64,000 nt of DNA. It comes from an uncultured Smithella sp. GTDB taxonomy: Bacteria > Desulfobacterota > Syntrophia > Syntrophales > Smithellaceae. The notes under the pieces were generated by a model. It saw nothing but the letters and a program-made list of their open reading frames with translations, was not told where the DNA came from and searched no databases. Shown here one piece after another: positions 38,058-47,027 of the stretch. Position numbers and translations under genes: made by a program. The number at the start of each line of letters is the position of its first letter. Positions within the stretch are counted from its first letter, which is position 1. The DNA lies in NCBI GenBank assembly GCA_964443625.1, contig CAYUDM010000004.1, positions 8,143-72,142 of the forward strand. The letters run 5' to 3'.

Positions 38058-39353
38058 CTAATTGCGGAAGACGCGGTTGAAGATGTAATCCAGATTGACC
38101 AGGAAATTATTGACGTTGAAAATACCGTCCAGATCTTTCGCGTTGAGATACTTTTGCACGATCTCATCCTGTTCCAGGAGCTTGTGAAATTCAATCCCCT
38201 CATGCCAGGATTTCATGGCGTTTCTCTGGACGATGGCGTAGGCGTCTTCGCGCGTCGTGCCTTTTTCAATGAGCGAAAGCAGGACATGCTGCGAAAAAAT
38301 CACGCCGTGCGTCATGTTCAGATTGGCCAGCATCCGTTCGGGATAGACGACCAGTTTGTCCATCAGGCCAGTGAAGCGCCCCAGCATGAAATCGAGCGTA
38401 ACGGTAGAGTCCGGCCCGATGATCCGTTCCACGGACGAGTGGCTGATGTCTCGCTCATGCCAAAGCGCCACGTCTTCGAGTGCGGCCACAGCGTATGAGC
38501 GCACCAGACGCGACAACCCGGAGATGTTTTCCGACAGCACGGGATTGCGTTTGTGCGGCATGGCGGATGAGCCCTTCTGGCCGGGTGAGAAATATTCTTC
38601 GGCTTCGCGGACTTCGGTTCGTTGCAAGAGGCGGATTTCCTGTGCGAACTTGTCGAGCGATGATGCGATAATCGCCAACGTGGTGAAAAACTCCGCATGA
38701 CGGTCGCGCTGCACAATCTGCGACGACACGGGCGCGGGTTTCAGGCCGAGCTTTGAGCAGACATATTCTTCCACAAACGGTTCGATAAACGAAAACGTGC
38801 CGACGGCTCCCGAGATTTTTCCGTAGCTGACGGTTTCTTTGGCGCGAACCAGACGTTCGCGGTTTCGCTGCATTTCCTGGTACCAAAGCGCCATCTTCAA
38901 TCCAAACGTAATGGGCTCGGCGTGAATACCGTGCGACCGGCCGATCATGAGCGTTTGTTTATGTTCAAAGGCGCGTCGTTTCAACACGGCCAGAAGCGCA
39001 TCGACATCGTCGAGCAAAATTTCCGCGGCTTCTTTTAACTGAATGGCCAGCGCGGTATCGAGCACATCCGACGACGTGAGCCCCATGTGAATGAAGCGGC
39101 CGTCTTCGCCGATGACTTCGGTCAGCGACGAAACAAACGCGATCACGTCATGCTTGGTGATCAATTCAATTTCATCGATGCGGGCGACGTTAATGACCGC
39201 CTTGGCTTTGATATTTTCCACCGCAGCCGCCGGAACCTTGCCCAGCTTGACCATCGCCTCGCAGGCCGCCACTTCGACGTCCAGCCATTTGGCAAACTTA
39301 TTTTCCTGGCTCCAGATGGAGACCATCTTTTCTCTTGAATATCTGGAAATCAC
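38058..39353 (-). CDS. purB: Adenylosuccinate lyase
   Basis: RYS...MSxIWS-type N-terminus, GSSAMPHKRNP signature, 431 aa. Confidence 0.95.
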   Translation of the reverse strand: MISRYSREKMVSIWSQENKFAKWLDVEVAACEAMVKLGKVPAAAVENIKAKAVINVARIDEIELITKHDVIAFVSSLTEVIGEDGRFIHMGLTSSDVLDTALAIQLKEAAEILLDDVDALLAVLKRRAFEHKQTLMIGRSHGIHAEPITFGLKMALWYQEMQRNRERLVRAKETVSYGKISGAVGTFSFIEPFVEEYVCSKLGLKPAPVSSQIVQRDRHAEFFTTLAIIASSLDKFAQEIRLLQRTEVREAEEYFSPGQKGSSAMPHKRNPVLSENISGLSRLVRSYAVAALEDVALWHERDISHSSVERIIGPDSTVTLDFMLGRFTGLMDKLVVYPERMLANLNMTHGVIFSQHVLLSLIEKGTTREDAYAIVQRNAMKSWHEGIEFHKLLEQDEIVQKYLNAKDLDGIFNVNNFLVNLDYIFNRVFRN

Positions 39354-39451
39354 AATTATTCTCCTATTTTCTAAAATTGCGGCGTTTATTAATTGAGTTC
39401 GGCCTTTGAGTCAAGGCTTATATCGAAATTGCGGCTCGATGCCTTTTATTT

Positions 39452-40138
39452 TCAGTCGTATTCTTCCAGATAGCGCTCAATGTAGCGCCGGACAGTTTCT
39501 TTGGGCTGGTAAATGCCGAAATGACCTTCGCACAAAATATCCGCATCGAGCGTCAGTAATTTTCGCATAGACTTCTTCCAGGCGTCGATATCCGATCCGA
39601 AGGCGGCATGAAACGGCCCGTGGATGTCCTGGCCGAACAAAATCCTGCGTCCGGCCCGATCCAGGTACACCGACACGGATCCCGGCGTATGCCCCGGCGT
39701 GTGCAGAATATGAAGGTCTGCCGAACCGAACGACAGAATTTCTTCATCCTTGCTGAATACCTTGTCCGCTTTCGTCGGCGGAAATTCAATTCCATACCAG
39801 TTGGCGGCTGTTTTTCGGGAATCGCCCGCTTCCATTGCCTGGGCATCGGCTTCGTGAATCAATATTTTTGTGCGGTAGTTCTTCCGGAAATACGGCGCTG
39901 CACCGATATGGTCGATGTGGCAGTGCGTTAAGATCAGGGTGGACACGGCGGAGGGGTGGAGGCCCAAAAGTTCGATGTTGCGAGCGAGTTGCGAGGCGCT
40001 GGCTCCTGCTCCCGCGTCGATCATCACCAGTTCGCCTCCAAAATCGAGAAGATAAACCGCCGCATCTTCCGACGCGGTCAGATTCGGACCCCCGATTAAA
40101 TAAATGCCTTTTGTGATTTCTTCGGACGGGCGTTTCAT
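39452..40138 (-). CDS. MBL-fold metallo-hydrolase
   Basis: THCHIDHIGA (HxHxDH) and HTPGHTPGS motifs. Confidence 0.8.
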   Translation of the reverse strand: MKRPSEEITKGIYLIGGPNLTASEDAAVYLLDFGGELVMIDAGAGASASQLARNIELLGLHPSAVSTLILTHCHIDHIGAAPYFRKNYRTKILIHEADAQAMEAGDSRKTAANWYGIEFPPTKADKVFSKDEEILSFGSADLHILHTPGHTPGSVSVYLDRAGRRILFGQDIHGPFHAAFGSDIDAWKKSMRKLLTLDADILCEGHFGIYQPKETVRRYIERYLEEYD

Positions 40139-41079
40139 ATCCCTGAGACCTTGAAGGTTCCGACCAGATCGGAAATATGTTTGAGTTTGTTTTCCTGAAG
40201 GTAGGTCTCCAGGCCGTCGAGAATGTCCATCGTGGCACGGGGATTGACAAAGTTGGCTGTGCCGATCTGCACGGCGCTAGCCCCGACGATAAAAAATTCC
40301 AGTGCGTCTTCCGCGTTCATGATGCCTCCCATTCCGATCACGGGAATGGATACGTTTTGCGCGACCTGCCAGACCATGCGCAACGCCACCGGTTTAATGG
40401 CGGGTCCGGACAGGCCGCCGGTGATGTTTTTAAGTCGCGGCGTTTTGGTTTGAACATCGACGGCCAGCCCCGTCAGCGTGTTGATCAGGGAGACCGCATC
40501 CGCCCCGGCTTTTTCAACCGCCCGGGCGATCAGCACAATATCCGTCACGTTGGGTGTGAGTTTGACGATCACCGGCAGATCCGTCTGCGCCTTGACGCGA
40601 CGGGTGACCTGGGCTGCGGCTTTGGGATCCGCCCCGAAACTCAATCCACCGTTTTTGACGTTGGGGCAGGAAATATTGACTTCGAGAGCTGATACGCCTT
40701 TCGCGGCGCTGAGTTTCGCGGCGACCTTTGAATATTCTTCAAGCGTCTCTCCATAAATATTGGCAATCACTGCCACATCATATTGACTCAAAAAAGGCAG
40801 TTTTTCTTCGATGAACGCCTCAACACCGATGTTTTGCAATCCCACCGAGTTGAGCATGCCTCCGGTGGTTTCCATGATTCTCGGCGGCGGATTGCCGGCG
40901 CGAGGTTTTAAAGACAGACCCTTGACGGCGATGCCCCCAAGTTGGTTCAGATCCACATAGTCGGCGTATTCCTGACCGTAGCCGAATGTGCCGGAAGCGG
41001 CAATGACGGGATTTTTCAGTCGAAGCCCAGCCAGGTCCACGCACAGAGCACCGGCGTTTTTATGTTTTCTTTTTTCCAC
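40135..41079 (-). CDS. pyrD: Dihydroorotate dehydrogenase, class 1B catalytic subunit
   Basis: NPVIAASGTFG...NISCPNV...GGI... It is adjacent to pyrK. Confidence 0.9.
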   Translation of the reverse strand: MEKRKHKNAGALCVDLAGLRLKNPVIAASGTFGYGQEYADYVDLNQLGGIAVKGLSLKPRAGNPPPRIMETTGGMLNSVGLQNIGVEAFIEEKLPFLSQYDVAVIANIYGETLEEYSKVAAKLSAAKGVSALEVNISCPNVKNGGLSFGADPKAAAQVTRRVKAQTDLPVIVKLTPNVTDIVLIARAVEKAGADAVSLINTLTGLAVDVQTKTPRLKNITGGLSGPAIKPVALRMVWQVAQNVSIPVIGMGGIMNAEDALEFFIVGASAVQIGTANFVNPRATMDILDGLETYLQENKLKHISDLVGTFKVSGI

Positions 41080-41081
41080 GA

Positions 41082-41900
41082 TTAGTCCCAGACGATTTGA
41101 TGAAGTTCAAACACCGGCCCATCCGCACAGACACGCTTGTAGGCTGTGTCGCCCCGCTCGTCTTTAACAGCGACGACACAGCCGACGCAGGCCCCCACAC
41201 CGCAGGCCATTCTCTCCTCAAGAGATACCTGGCAGCGATATCTGTTATCCAAAAGCGTACCGAGGCTTCGGAGCATGCTTTTTGGCCCGCAGGCATAAAT
41301 CATGGTCTCCTCAGGACGATAGTTTCCCAAATCTTGTCTCAACAAGTCTGTGACTATCGCTTTTTTCCCCGCTGTTCCGTCATCCGTACACAGATGCACG
41401 CCATAGCAGAGGGTTTGAATCTTTTCGACCCCCACGAGTTGCTCTTGGGTTTTTGCACCCAGATAAAAAGTCATTTCCCCGCCCGATCGGCAACGGTTCC
41501 GGCATAAATGCTCCGCCAGAAGCGACAGCGGAGCGACGCCGATGCCACCGGCGATAAATATAATATTCTTCGCGCCGTCAGGCATGGCATACCCGGTTCC
41601 CAGCGGACCGTGAACTTCGAGCTGAGATCCCTCTATCAGTCCGGCCAGAATCTTCGTGCCCTTTCCTACGACCCGGTAGAGAATTTCACAAACGCAGGCA
41701 TGCTTTTCAGCGGTAAAGGAATAGATGCTGAGCGGACGGGATAAAAACGGATCGGCAAGACCCGCGATCCGAAGCATGACGAACTGACCGGGCAGCGCGC
41801 CTCCAAAGGCGGGCGGCAGGTAAATTTTCATCAAGAAATGATCTTTGCGCACCTCATCGTTGGCAAAGACTTCACCGATAAAAATATCTTTAGGCATCAT
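41082..41900 (-). CDS. pyrK: Dihydroorotate dehydrogenase electron-transfer subunit
   Basis: FNR-like fold (RPLSIYS, GGIGVAP) and C-terminal 2Fe-2S motif MACGVGACVGCVV. Confidence 0.85.
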   Translation of the reverse strand: MMPKDIFIGEVFANDEVRKDHFLMKIYLPPAFGGALPGQFVMLRIAGLADPFLSRPLSIYSFTAEKHACVCEILYRVVGKGTKILAGLIEGSQLEVHGPLGTGYAMPDGAKNIIFIAGGIGVAPLSLLAEHLCRNRCRSGGEMTFYLGAKTQEQLVGVEKIQTLCYGVHLCTDDGTAGKKAIVTDLLRQDLGNYRPEETMIYACGPKSMLRSLGTLLDNRYRCQVSLEERMACGVGACVGCVVAVKDERGDTAYKRVCADGPVFELHQIVWD

Positions 41901-42405
41901 TTATATCCTGACGGTAATCGGCCCACATGATCAGGGCATCTTCATGTGTGTCCGAGTAATAGTTGGGTCGCCTCCCCTTTACTACAAAACCGCATTTCCG
42001 GTAAAGGGCAATCGCCGCCGAATTCGTTGATCTGACCTCCAGTGTGATTTTCCGGATGCCCAAATCGAAAGCGACCCGTTTCATAAGATCGATCAAATTC
42101 CAGGCCAGTTTCTGTCTGCGGAATTCTTTACGAACCGCCAGATTGTGCAGATGCGCCTCATCCGCGACCAGCCAAAAGATGATATATCCGCCCACCCAAG
42201 ACTCGCCGCCGATCTCGACTCTGGCGGTCAGGCATTGCGCATGACGGGTTTTGAGTTCTCCTTCAAACATGCCGCGGGTCCAGGGCGTCGGAAAGGCCTC
42301 CCCTTCGAGTTCGAGAATCTCGGACAGATCCGCCAGTCGCCTCAGGTCAACCCCCACCCGGATGTCTTGTTCACAGGACATGAAGCAGTTCCCAAGCCAG
42401 GGCAA
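41890..42405 (-). CDS. rimI: Ribosomal-protein-alanine N-acetyltransferase (GNAT)
   Basis: LHNLAVRKEFRRQKLAWNLI...ITLEVRSTNSAAIALYRKCGF. The start is uncertain, and the ORF overlaps the upstream gene. Confidence 0.75.
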   Translation of the reverse strand: MPWLGNCFMSCEQDIRVGVDLRRLADLSEILELEGEAFPTPWTRGMFEGELKTRHAQCLTARVEIGGESWVGGYIIFWLVADEAHLHNLAVRKEFRRQKLAWNLIDLMKRVAFDLGIRKITLEVRSTNSAAIALYRKCGFVVKGRRPNYYSDTHEDALIMWADYRQDINDA

Positions 42406-43066
42406 GAATTAAAAATATCGCGCAGAAGACGGGAATCGCGCCACGCATTTTAATGGTGGAGATCGCCGCCGCAATGCCCAAAAGCGGAAGAAAATAATAG
42501 GTCAGCGCAAGGGTTTGGGATAAAGCGGCAGGTAGCTTCGGATATCCCCAACTCACTGCAAAGACAAAGACCGTTTGAAACAACACCAGTGATACAAGGT
42601 AAGTTGCAAAGACTTTGAACAAGGCCAGCCAGGTTTTCTTCTCAATGCCTCGCAAATTTCCCTGTTTTGCGTCTTCGAGTGCCGCGTCTGAAAGCCGGTC
42701 GTTGGATTGCATGATTTTAACGTCAAAGATCCTGACGATCAGGCCGCACGGTATGGCGATCAGAATTGCCATCGCGATCAAGTCCGGAGCAGCAGCACCG
42801 GTCTTCGGGCCTGCCAGCGCCACAATCGACACAGCCAGCACAGCTGAAATGGAATCATTGGGAGGAAGGTAGATCCCCACGGGAATGCGGTCAATCCAGA
42901 AAAGTTCCAGCATGGCCCCGATCATCAGCCCCGCAAGAGGAATTCCCGTCATGTAGCCCAGGAGCGGCGCCAGGACGATCGGGCGTGATACCATGGCCTG
43001 AATCACGATACGGTCCAGACAAAGGATACTTCCCAGCACAGACAGCAGGATAATCGTCGAGAACAA
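42371..43066 (-). CDS. PTS mannose/sorbose-family EIIC-like membrane component
   Basis: 231 aa, about 6-7 TM helices. The N-terminus LGSILCLDRIVIQAMVSRPIVLAPLLG is typical of EIIC-Man. It is adjacent to IIB and IIA. Confidence 0.7.
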   Translation of the reverse strand: MFSTIILLSVLGSILCLDRIVIQAMVSRPIVLAPLLGYMTGIPLAGLMIGAMLELFWIDRIPVGIYLPPNDSISAVLAVSIVALAGPKTGAAAPDLIAMAILIAIPCGLIVRIFDVKIMQSNDRLSDAALEDAKQGNLRGIEKKTWLALFKVFATYLVSLVLFQTVFVFAVSWGYPKLPAALSQTLALTYYFLPLLGIAAAISTIKMRGAIPVFCAIFLILALAWELLHVL

Positions 43067-43086
43067 GGATGGCCTCCGTCATCAGG

Positions 43087-43599
43087 CTAGGTTTTAATGG
43101 CGCAATATTCCTTGAGCGCGTCCTTGATATCCACGGCTTTTTCCCTGGGCACACGCTTCAATTCGATTGCAACGCCTTCGTTTTCAAGCATGTTGAGGAT
43201 TTCGCCAATTTCATCCTGACACAAAAAAACGGACGGCGCGCAGCAAACAGCATACTCTTCATGATGGATGTTTCCGATATTGAGCCGATTGAAATGAAAC
43301 CCGCCCTGATAGGCGCGAAAGGCATCGGAAACGCTGCCGAAAAGGACGATTGTTTTCTTTCCCTCCCCTTCGGAAAAATTATAGCTGGCCGCGAAATCCT
43401 CGACGGAACAGATATTAACTTCGATTTCACTGGGAACCGCCATGCGGATGACGGTTTCGCAGAAGAAATCTCCGGCTGAATTATCATTCACGACCATGAT
43501 GCACTTTGCATGGATAAAAGGCACCCAGGATTCAAGAATCTGCCCGTGGACCAGACGGTTGTCCACGCGGACCAATGCCATGTCGTACGATTCCGCCAA
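43087..43599 (-). CDS. PTS mannose/sorbose-family EIIB component
   Basis: VRVDNRLVHGQILESWVP contains the phospho-His motif RxDxRLxHGQ. Confidence 0.8.
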   Translation of the reverse strand: MAESYDMALVRVDNRLVHGQILESWVPFIHAKCIMVVNDNSAGDFFCETVIRMAVPSEIEVNICSVEDFAASYNFSEGEGKKTIVLFGSVSDAFRAYQGGFHFNRLNIGNIHHEEYAVCCAPSVFLCQDEIGEILNMLENEGVAIELKRVPREKAVDIKDALKEYCAIKT

Positions 43600-43603
43600 A
43601 GGA

Positions 43604-44014
43604 TCACCCGGTCGCTTTTTTACTTAAAATCTCACTGGCCAGTGAAATGTTTTTCTTGCCGTAGTCCTTGATAAAACAGGCGAATTCATTGAGCGTCATA
43701 TCCTCCCGGACATCGGAGAGCTTCAAAAGCATGGGCAGATTGACGCCAGTGACGACCTCTACTTTTCCTTCTTTCATAAACGACAACGATATGTTGGACG
43801 GTGTTCCTCCGAACAGATCCGTCAAAATCAGCACGCCTTTGCCTTTATCGAGTTTTTTGATGGCGGCGCTGATTTCTTTTTTAAGCTCTTCCACGCCTTT
43901 GGACTGCTCAACGCACACATGCATGATATCGTTTAATTTTCCCTTGATCAATTCCGCAGCTGCAATCAATTCATTACCGAGATTTCCATGGGTTGTAATC
44001 AGCACACCGATCAT
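43604..44014 (-). CDS. PTS mannose-family EIIA component
   Basis: MIGVLITTHGNLGNELI contains the active-site His in the THG motif. LILTDLFGGTP. An AGGAGG RBS precedes this ATG. Confidence 0.8.
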   Translation of the reverse strand: MIGVLITTHGNLGNELIAAAELIKGKLNDIMHVCVEQSKGVEELKKEISAAIKKLDKGKGVLILTDLFGGTPSNISLSFMKEGKVEVVTGVNLPMLLKLSDVREDMTLNEFACFIKDYGKKNISLASEILSKKATG

Positions 44015-44203
44015 GATGCCTTCCTCCTTACCGTAACTTGCGACCGTATCGCGCCGATTCGCCGGATAGCTGTCCGAAGACGAAAAAACGACTCGCAAAA
44101 CCAATCCGAAACGCTAATGGATTGGGAAATAATTGTCAAGATGAATCCGGATTTTCCCGCCGATCACTCTTTCGGACAATGGCAGCGTTGTGCTGTCCAA
44201 AGT

Positions 44204-46117
44204 TTACGGCGTCCTGCCCCCGATATCACGCAACTCGTCAAGCATTTCGGACAGGCCGGATTGCCGTTGCACACAGCGACCGACGGCGCCTTCAACCAGA
44301 TTGCGTCCTGCAATCACGGTAACCTCTCTGCGGGCACGTGTCACGCCGGTATAGAGTAGTTCCCGTGTGACGGGAGGAAAATCCGCAGGGGGCGCAATTA
44401 AAACAACATGGTCAAACTCAGAGCCCTGGCTTTTATGCACCGTCATGGCCCAGGCGGTTTCATGACGGGGCAACCTTCCGGGCGATATTTTTCTGATTTC
44501 TCCGTCCGGCATGCGGAAAAAAGCCCGAATTGGACCGCTTGGTCCGTCATTTATAATCAACCCGGTATCGCCATTGAATAAATTCAGGCGGTAGTCATTT
44601 TCAACAATCATCACCGGCCGTCCAAGATAATAGGATTTGTGTATATCGATTAGGCCCTGTCCGGACAAAATATTTTCAACACGCAAATTGATTTCCCTGC
44701 TCCCCCACGGACCGTGCCGAAGCGCGCATAAAATCCGGAAGGATTCAAAAAGATCGAAAACCTCCGGAAGGTCGGCTGTCTGCGCCCGGACAAAGCGGGT
44801 AAAATTCAAATAGGGCGCAAGCATCGGCAGCAAAACCGCTTCAGAAATAGGTCTGCCCGATAGAAGATCCATATAGTGAATGTCGCTATCGGACTTCGCG
44901 CAGAGCATGGCCATGACGCCCGGACCATCTCCCTGTTTGATCAATGCACTGAGGCGACCGATGCCGCTTCGGCCGTCAAACCGATAATTGTGCTGCAATT
45001 CTATGACGACACCAGCGGCCGGCGGATCCGGAGTGGTCACAGGAGGTCTGACACCTGTCATGTCTGAGATTTGATCAGCCATTGCCGCGGAAAATGCATT
45101 GGTCTGTAAAGATCTGCAAATGCTTCCCAAAACATAACCCGCGTCAACCGATGCCAGTTGATCTTTGTCACCCAGCAGGATCAACCTCGCCTCCGGTTCG
45201 AGCGCTGACATCAGTTTGGCCATCATCGGCAGATCGATCATCGAAGCTTCATCTACAACCACCAGGTCATAGGGCAATCGGCGGGTTGAATCATATCGGA
45301 AATAGGGCGTTTTGGCGCTTCCTCCCAGCAATCGATGCAAGGTTGTTGCCGTTTTGGGAAGACCGGCAAACAGCGGATCCGTGTCGGCAATAGTTTGGTT
45401 CATCTTTCCGATGGATTCTTTGAGTTTGGCGGCAGCCTTGCCAGTGGGCGCGGCCAAGGCGATGCGTAGCCTGCCCTCGTGGACTTGCTGCAAAATCATC
45501 AGAATCTTCACAACCGTTGTTGTTTTACCCGTCCCCGGACTTCCGGAAATGACCAGAAATCTTCGTAAGCATGCCGCCGCCACCGCGATTTTCTGCCAGT
45601 TAATCTCGATCGACTCCTCCTTCGGAAAAAAACGGCTGACTATTGCGGCTAAGTCCTGCGCCGTTTGAGATGGAATGTCTTTGTGATTCAATCGTGCCAG
45701 AACATTGTCGGCAACATCTTTTTCATATTGCCAGTAGCGTTGAAAATATAAACGATGCCGTTGATCCAAGATAAGGGGTTTAAAATCACCGGGAACGCCG
45801 ACACAATCACAGTGGTTGAGCGTGTCGATCCAATGCGCAATCGCCGGGCAGATCAATTCTTTGCGATCCCCAATGCCGACCGGCACAGATGTCTGCGCGA
45901 TCCGGTCGAGATCCAAACACACATCGCCGTCACGCAGATTCCTGCTCAAAAGAGCCGCCGCCAGCCATACCGCTTCCGGATCCCGGCGGGCATAGGCGCG
46001 ACAAAAAGCGCCGATCCGAAGATCAAGATGCGTCATCGAGACGCCTGGAATAGCGCCTGAAAGGGATTCTACAAACTGCAAATCGGATTCCGTTTTATGT
46101 TCTATTATTCCCACCAT
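44204..46117 (-). CDS. recD: Exodeoxyribonuclease V alpha subunit
   Basis: ISGSPGTGKTTT (Walker A), LVVDEASMID, AMTVHKSQGSEF, LLYTGVTRAR. Confidence 0.9.
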   Translation of the reverse strand: MVGIIEHKTESDLQFVESLSGAIPGVSMTHLDLRIGAFCRAYARRDPEAVWLAAALLSRNLRDGDVCLDLDRIAQTSVPVGIGDRKELICPAIAHWIDTLNHCDCVGVPGDFKPLILDQRHRLYFQRYWQYEKDVADNVLARLNHKDIPSQTAQDLAAIVSRFFPKEESIEINWQKIAVAAACLRRFLVISGSPGTGKTTTVVKILMILQQVHEGRLRIALAAPTGKAAAKLKESIGKMNQTIADTDPLFAGLPKTATTLHRLLGGSAKTPYFRYDSTRRLPYDLVVVDEASMIDLPMMAKLMSALEPEARLILLGDKDQLASVDAGYVLGSICRSLQTNAFSAAMADQISDMTGVRPPVTTPDPPAAGVVIELQHNYRFDGRSGIGRLSALIKQGDGPGVMAMLCAKSDSDIHYMDLLSGRPISEAVLLPMLAPYLNFTRFVRAQTADLPEVFDLFESFRILCALRHGPWGSREINLRVENILSGQGLIDIHKSYYLGRPVMIVENDYRLNLFNGDTGLIINDGPSGPIRAFFRMPDGEIRKISPGRLPRHETAWAMTVHKSQGSEFDHVVLIAPPADFPPVTRELLYTGVTRARREVTVIAGRNLVEGAVGRCVQRQSGLSEMLDELRDIGGRTP

Positions 46118-46327
46118 CCCCCCTGAAAACAGATTTCATCTGTATTGAGACTGCCGCCATTTGAGGGCTTGCCGTTTGATTTCTTTTGCACGATGAATCC
46201 CCTGTCAGTCAATCCCGATTTTCGTTTTTTCCCGTAAGATCCCGCAAACCTTCATAGATCATACCGTTGTTTTGCATGCGCCGTCATTTGCCCTTTTTAT
46301 GTTCCCTGTTGCGCAGTGAAGTTGCGA

Positions 46328-46356
46328 TTGACATTGCACAGGGCAGCTTTTATAAT
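46328..46356 (+). promoter_or_regulatory. Perfect-consensus sigma-70 promoter (TTGACA-N17-TATAAT)
   Basis: I read it directly: TTGACA at 46328-46333, a 17-nt spacer, TATAAT at 46351-46356. AAGGA lies 6 nt before the ATG at 46384. Confidence 0.6.
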
Positions 46357-46383
46357 CCCGGCAAAAATATACAAGGACGACGC

Positions 46384-47001
46384 ATGAGGGTTTATCGTTT
46401 TGTCAGTGGTCACCGGCTCGCTCTGACGGTGATTCTGGCCTTGGCAGGCATCGGCATTATGGCTTTTTATGCGGTCTGTGACACGGCCTGTTCCTATCTT
46501 CGAGGCGATATCTTCGGTCTGGATCTGAAATACGTCGGCGTTCTTTTCATGGCTGTCTTGATCGCCCTGTCGTTCTTCCACCAGGCCGACATGCTTCGCA
46601 TGTTCGTCGCCGCCGGCATCGGCGTTGAAATTTATCTGGTGGCTTTTCAGATTGAAGAAAATATTTTCTGTCCCTTTTGCCTGGCCTTTGGCGTTTTGGT
46701 CATTTTGATGTATATCGTCAACTACGAACGCAGATCGCTCAGCAACAAGTGGCTTCATACGCTCCTTTATGCTTTCGGCGATGCGAAAATCCCGTTTTCC
46801 GGAGATCGGCGCCATCCCGTTTTGATTTGGATGATTGCAGGTTATCTCTTTGTCAGTCTCTCCTTCACCGGTTCGGCAATCCCGCTTTACGCCGTCGATG
46901 CCGTATCGCCATCGGAGATCGCTTGCGGGTTTTTCTCTCCGAATACCGCCGTTCCGCTGCATTCGGCAATCGAGGTTTCAGGAACCTGTCACATCGGTTA
47001 A
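46384..47001 (+). CDS. VKOR (vitamin K epoxide reductase)-like membrane thiol oxidoreductase
   Basis: Four or five TM helices. Loop Cys pair CDTAC followed by the GDIFGLDLKYVG motif. CPFC (CxxC) sits at the start of a TM helix. I chose the start downstream of the consensus promoter. Confidence 0.55.
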   Translation: MRVYRFVSGHRLALTVILALAGIGIMAFYAVCDTACSYLRGDIFGLDLKYVGVLFMAVLIALSFFHQADMLRMFVAAGIGVEIYLVAFQIEENIFCPFCLAFGVLVILMYIVNYERRSLSNKWLHTLLYAFGDAKIPFSGDRRHPVLIWMIAGYLFVSLSFTGSAIPLYAVDAVSPSEIACGFFSPNTAVPLHSAIEVSGTCHIG

Positions 47002-47027
47002 CAAAGCGCTCTTTTACGCCAAAGCAT

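Noticed and set aside
46297-46962. A 221-aa minus-strand ORF lies opposite the VKOR-like gene.
   Set aside because: The plus-strand frame gives clean TM helices and Cys motifs, and it is preceded by a perfect promoter and RBS. The minus-strand product is charged, low-complexity sequence without signals.
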